NCBI GenBank assembly: GCA_051746405.1
Contig: JBNJFB010000001.1
Coordinates: forward strand, 32,001 to 96,000
Reading direction: 5' to 3'
Origin: Campylobacterota bacterium
GTDB lineage: Bacteria; Campylobacterota; Campylobacteria; Campylobacterales; Arcobacteraceae
DNA: 64,000 bases
Shown here: positions 60,816 through 64,000 of the stretch, piece by piece
Numbering within the stretch: the first letter of the stretch is position 1
Layout: every line of letters begins with the position of its first letter
The notes under the pieces: generated by a model
Told to the model about the DNA's origin: nothing
The model's input: only the letters and a program-made list of their open reading frames with translations
Databases searched by the model: none
Translations under genes and position numbers: made by a program

Positions 60816-61956
60816 TTTAGTAGTTTTATTTTTTGCTGCTTGTACAAATAATGCTGATGTTTCAAAAGCAAAAAAATTGAAACTGCAAAAGCAAAAGGAG
60901 CAGTTAGGGAAGGTTCTATTTTTTGATAAAAACTTATCAAAAAATAGAACTATGTCTTGTGCAACTTGTCATAATCCAAAAGCGGGATTTGTAGATGATA
61001 GGGAAAATACAGTTAAAAAGATGGCTTCCCTTGGAGATGATCAAATCTCACTTGGTGATAGACAAGCACCAAGTGCAGCCTATGCGATGTTCTCACCTAA
61101 GTTTCATTATGATAAAGAGAAAAAACAGTATATAGGTGGACAGTTTTGGGATGGAAGAGAAGCTACTTTAGCAGGACAAGCAGGAGGACCTCCAACAAAT
61201 CCAATTGAAATGGGAATGCCAAATAAAAAAGCTGTAATAAATAGAATCAAAGAAAACGATTACTATATCCAAACATTTAAAGACATATATGGAAAAGATA
61301 TTTTTAAGTCAAATAAGAAAGCTTATAAAGCTATGAGTGATGCAATTGAGAAGTTTGAGATGACTAAAGAGTTTGCTCCTTTTGATTCAAAATATGATAG
61401 ATACTTAAAAGGTGAGTATGAACTAACTGTATTAGAGGATTTAGGAAGATCACTTTTCTTCTCAAATCAAAATAACTCTTGTGCAAATTGTCATGTTTTA
61501 AAGGGTGAAGATAGACTTGGTGAGACTTTTTCAAACTATGAGTATCATAATATAGGTGTACCTGCAAATAATGAGTTAAGAGCAAAAAATGGCATAAAAG
61601 ATATAGACCTAGGACTTTTAAATAACCCAGCAGTAACCAATGAAAAACATAAAGGTAAATACAAAGTACCAACACTAAGAAATGTAGCACTAACAGCACC
61701 ATATATGCATAATGGAGTATTTAAAGACTTAAAAACAGTTGTAGAGTTTTATGATAAATATAATAATCAAAATAGAAAAATAAACCCAGAGACAGGTAAA
61801 CCTTGGAGAGAGCCTGAAGTAGATGGAACTATATCACTTGATGATTTAAAAGCTAATAGATTAAATAGTAGAAAAATAGAGGCATTAGTAGCCTTTATGA
61901 AGTTACTAACTGATAAGAGGTATGAACACTTGTTAAAAGAAGACAATAATAAATAA
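60787..61956 (+). CDS. Di-heme cytochrome c peroxidase family lipoprotein (bCcP/MauG/MbnH-like)
   Basis: Lipobox FAAC, CATCH, QFWDGR, CANCH, KVPTLRNVALTAPYMHNG. Confidence 0.9.
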   Translation: MKYLKLITLSLVVLFFAACTNNADVSKAKKLKLQKQKEQLGKVLFFDKNLSKNRTMSCATCHNPKAGFVDDRENTVKKMASLGDDQISLGDRQAPSAAYAMFSPKFHYDKEKKQYIGGQFWDGREATLAGQAGGPPTNPIEMGMPNKKAVINRIKENDYYIQTFKDIYGKDIFKSNKKAYKAMSDAIEKFEMTKEFAPFDSKYDRYLKGEYELTVLEDLGRSLFFSNQNNSCANCHVLKGEDRLGETFSNYEYHNIGVPANNELRAKNGIKDIDLGLLNNPAVTNEKHKGKYKVPTLRNVALTAPYMHNGVFKDLKTVVEFYDKYNNQNRKINPETGKPWREPEVDGTISLDDLKANRLNSRKIEALVAFMKLLTDKRYEHLLKEDNNK

Positions 61957-62061
61957 GATAAAACAAAAATATTTATTTAAATTATAAAATAGAAAATTAA
62001 TAAATAATACAGCTATGTTTTAGTATCATAATTAATAATAAACTAAAATATTGAGTTGTTA

Positions 62062-62889
62062 ATGAAGTATACAAAGTTAGATTTTTCTATAAAAGATGCT
62101 ATAAAGCCTCCATACTTTATGGGGAGTCAGTTAAGGGGAGTATTTGGATATGCTCTTAAAAATATTGTTTGTGTAAACCCATCTTATAAATGTGATTCAT
62201 GTTTTGCTAGTCAAGATTGTCTCTTTTATGATTTTTTTGAAAGAAAGAATACCTATCATAAGTATAGGTTTGATATAGAACTTGCTAGGGACTGCTATGA
62301 TTTTTCTTTTTATTTGTTTGAAGAATCCTGTGAGAAATTACCTTATATTATCTCTTCTTTATATAATTCACTTACTAAAATTGGCTTAGGAAAAAATAAT
62401 AAGATAATCAAAGATTTTAAGATTTATCTAAATAATCAGGTGATATATGAAAATGACTCTATATCTTTACCTAAAAAATATCATACATTTTTTGAGGTAG
62501 AGCCAGTATCTACAAAAAATATAGTCATAGATATCTTAACTCCAATAAGAATAAAAAAGAATAAGAAACTTGTTTTTGATGATTCACTTGAGTTAGAAGA
62601 TATACTACTTTCAATCTATAAAAGATATATAACAATCACAAATCAAAAATTCAAAAAGATTGACTTACAAAAAGACTATAAAGTAATAAGTAAAAATATC
62701 ACAGCTAAAAGACTTACTAGGTTAAACAGCGTAAAAAAAGAGACAATGAGAATAGATGGAGTTATAGGAAACTTTGTAATAAAAGATATAAACACTGAGA
62801 CTTATAGGCTTTTAAAGTTAGGTGAGCTTTTAGGAGTTGGAAAACAAACAGTCTTTGGACTTGGGAAAATAGAGATTAAGGAGATTTGA
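62062..62889 (+). CDS. cas6: CRISPR precursor-crRNA processing endoribonuclease Cas6
   Basis: GSQLRGVFG, Cys cluster C..C..C..C, TPIRIK, C-terminal glycine-rich loop GVGKQTVFGLG. Confidence 0.88.
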   Translation: MKYTKLDFSIKDAIKPPYFMGSQLRGVFGYALKNIVCVNPSYKCDSCFASQDCLFYDFFERKNTYHKYRFDIELARDCYDFSFYLFEESCEKLPYIISSLYNSLTKIGLGKNNKIIKDFKIYLNNQVIYENDSISLPKKYHTFFEVEPVSTKNIVIDILTPIRIKKNKKLVFDDSLELEDILLSIYKRYITITNQKFKKIDLQKDYKVISKNITAKRLTRLNSVKKETMRIDGVIGNFVIKDINTETYRLLKLGELLGVGKQTVFGLGKIEIKEI

Positions 62890-64000
62890 TGAGTGAAAAA
62901 ATAGATGTAAAAACTTTATTTGATAAAAAGTATGATTATTTAATATATAAAGATAAAATAGATATTGATGATATTGTAAAAGATGAAGAACTTACTATTA
63001 TATGTGCTGATTTTTATGGTATTCAAAACTTTATTTTTGAAAATGTACCATCTTCAAAAGCTTATAAAGTATTAAGAGCAAAGTCTGCTTATGTACAAAT
63101 ATTTACTAAAGTATTAGCTAAATACATAGTAGAATTATTAGATTTAGAAGAAAAAAATATCATATTTAGTGAAGCTGGAAAGATTGAAATATTATCTACA
63201 AAAGTAGATGATGAAAAAATAAAACAAATTCAAAAAGAGCTTGATGAACATTTTATAAAAGAGTTTTTTGCACTTGCTGGAGTAAATCTTGTATCTATAA
63301 ATACTTCAAAAGAAAGTTTAAAAAATCCAAAAGAATTTAAAGCTTTAAGAGAAAAGCTTGATGAAAAACTAGAGTTTGCAAAGTTTAATAAGTTTGATTT
63401 ACAAAATCAAAATACGATTTTAGAACAAAATGAGATGCCTACAAATAAAACATTATGTAAAACATGTGGAATTAGAAAAGTAAAAGAGAATAATGAGTTT
63501 TGTAAAACTTGTGATAAGTTTATAACATTGGGACAAGAACTTACTACAAAAAATAGTATGAGAATATCAAAAGAGAAAAGTAAAATAGATATATTTCAAA
63601 ACTACTTTATATCTTTCAAAGATGAAGAAGATAAAGAGTACAAAAGCTTAGAAAAATTTTGGAAGATAAAATCATATGTAAAAACAAAAATAGTTAAAGA
63701 AAAGATAGAAATTTGTGACTTTGATGACTTAGCCGAAGAATCAAAAGGAGCTGAAAATATAGCTATATTAAAAGGTGATGTTGATAGTCTAGGAAATTTT
63801 ATCAAAGATAAAAGCAATGCTTTAGACTCTTATGAAAACTATATCTATCTCGCACAAACTTTAAACAACTTCTTTACTATAAAAGTAAAAGAGCTTTTAG
63901 AAAAAGACTATAAAAATGCTTATGTGGTTTTTACAGGTGGTGATGACTTTTTTATCATAGGTGCTTGGAATGAGATAATAGAACTTGCCAAAGATATATA
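62889..64000 (+). CDS. cas10: Type III CRISPR Cas10/Csm1-like protein lacking the N-terminal HD domain; truncated by window end and absent from the ORF track
   Basis: ATG overlaps the cas6 stop. ADFYGIQNFIF, LRAKS, CKTC..CKTC Zn finger, KGDVDSLG, GGDD at 63936-63947. Frame open to the end. Confidence 0.9.
   Translation, partial: MSEKIDVKTLFDKKYDYLIYKDKIDIDDIVKDEELTIICADFYGIQNFIFENVPSSKAYKVLRAKSAYVQIFTKVLAKYIVELLDLEEKNIIFSEAGKIEILSTKVDDEKIKQIQKELDEHFIKEFFALAGVNLVSINTSKESLKNPKEFKALREKLDEKLEFAKFNKFDLQNQNTILEQNEMPTNKTLCKTCGIRKVKENNEFCKTCDKFITLGQELTTKNSMRISKEKSKIDIFQNYFISFKDEEDKEYKSLEKFWKIKSYVKTKIVKEKIEICDFDDLAEESKGAENIAILKGDVDSLGNFIKDKSNALDSYENYIYLAQTLNNFFTIKVKELLEKDYKNAYVVFTGGDDFFIIGAWNEIIELAKDI

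Noticed and set aside
61957..62061. CRISPR array or leader upstream of cas6
   Set aside because: Only AT-rich spacer DNA; I saw no repeat-spacer periodicity here or elsewhere in the window.
267..63817. Short antisense or alternate-frame ORFs in the track (e.g. 2094-2522, 15577-15903, 29494-29907, 55092-55532, 63602-63817)
   Set aside because: They lie within well-supported genes, show no recognisable motifs, and have shadow-ORF composition.

Overview
AT-rich chromosomal window from a Campylobacterota bacterium. Gene content and protein style fit the Arcobacteraceae (inference). Most of it is housekeeping or physiology: ccoI/ccoS, hemH, AmmeMemoRadiSam genes, znuCB, tpx, msrPQ, a UvrD-like helicase, valS, lapD/lapG, proC, bamD, lon, dinB, two chemoreceptors, mscS, a peroxiredoxin, tRNA-Leu(GAG) and atpE. 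Four accessory blocks stand out. (1) A ~5 kb island between doxX and cvfB encodes a nonsense-interrupted AAA+ ATPase, a PPP-type phosphatase, an RHH protein, a Zn-ribbon protein whose C-terminus resembles an isolated FtsZ C-terminal domain, and hipBA. (2) A solo rpn nuclease gene is flanked by an exact 22-bp direct repeat, and removing the unit rebuilds an intact overlapping gene junction. (3) An imelysin/di-heme/desaturase/peroxidase cluster lies behind candidate Fur boxes. (4) A type III CRISPR-Cas locus begins at the right edge (cas6 plus an HD-less cas10, cut by the window end; no array is visible). Several candidate sRNAs and cis-regulatory RNA structures were also found, plus an unannotated Zn-finger microprotein that appears to start at ATA. 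All family assignments come from motif recognition by eye; no database searches were run.
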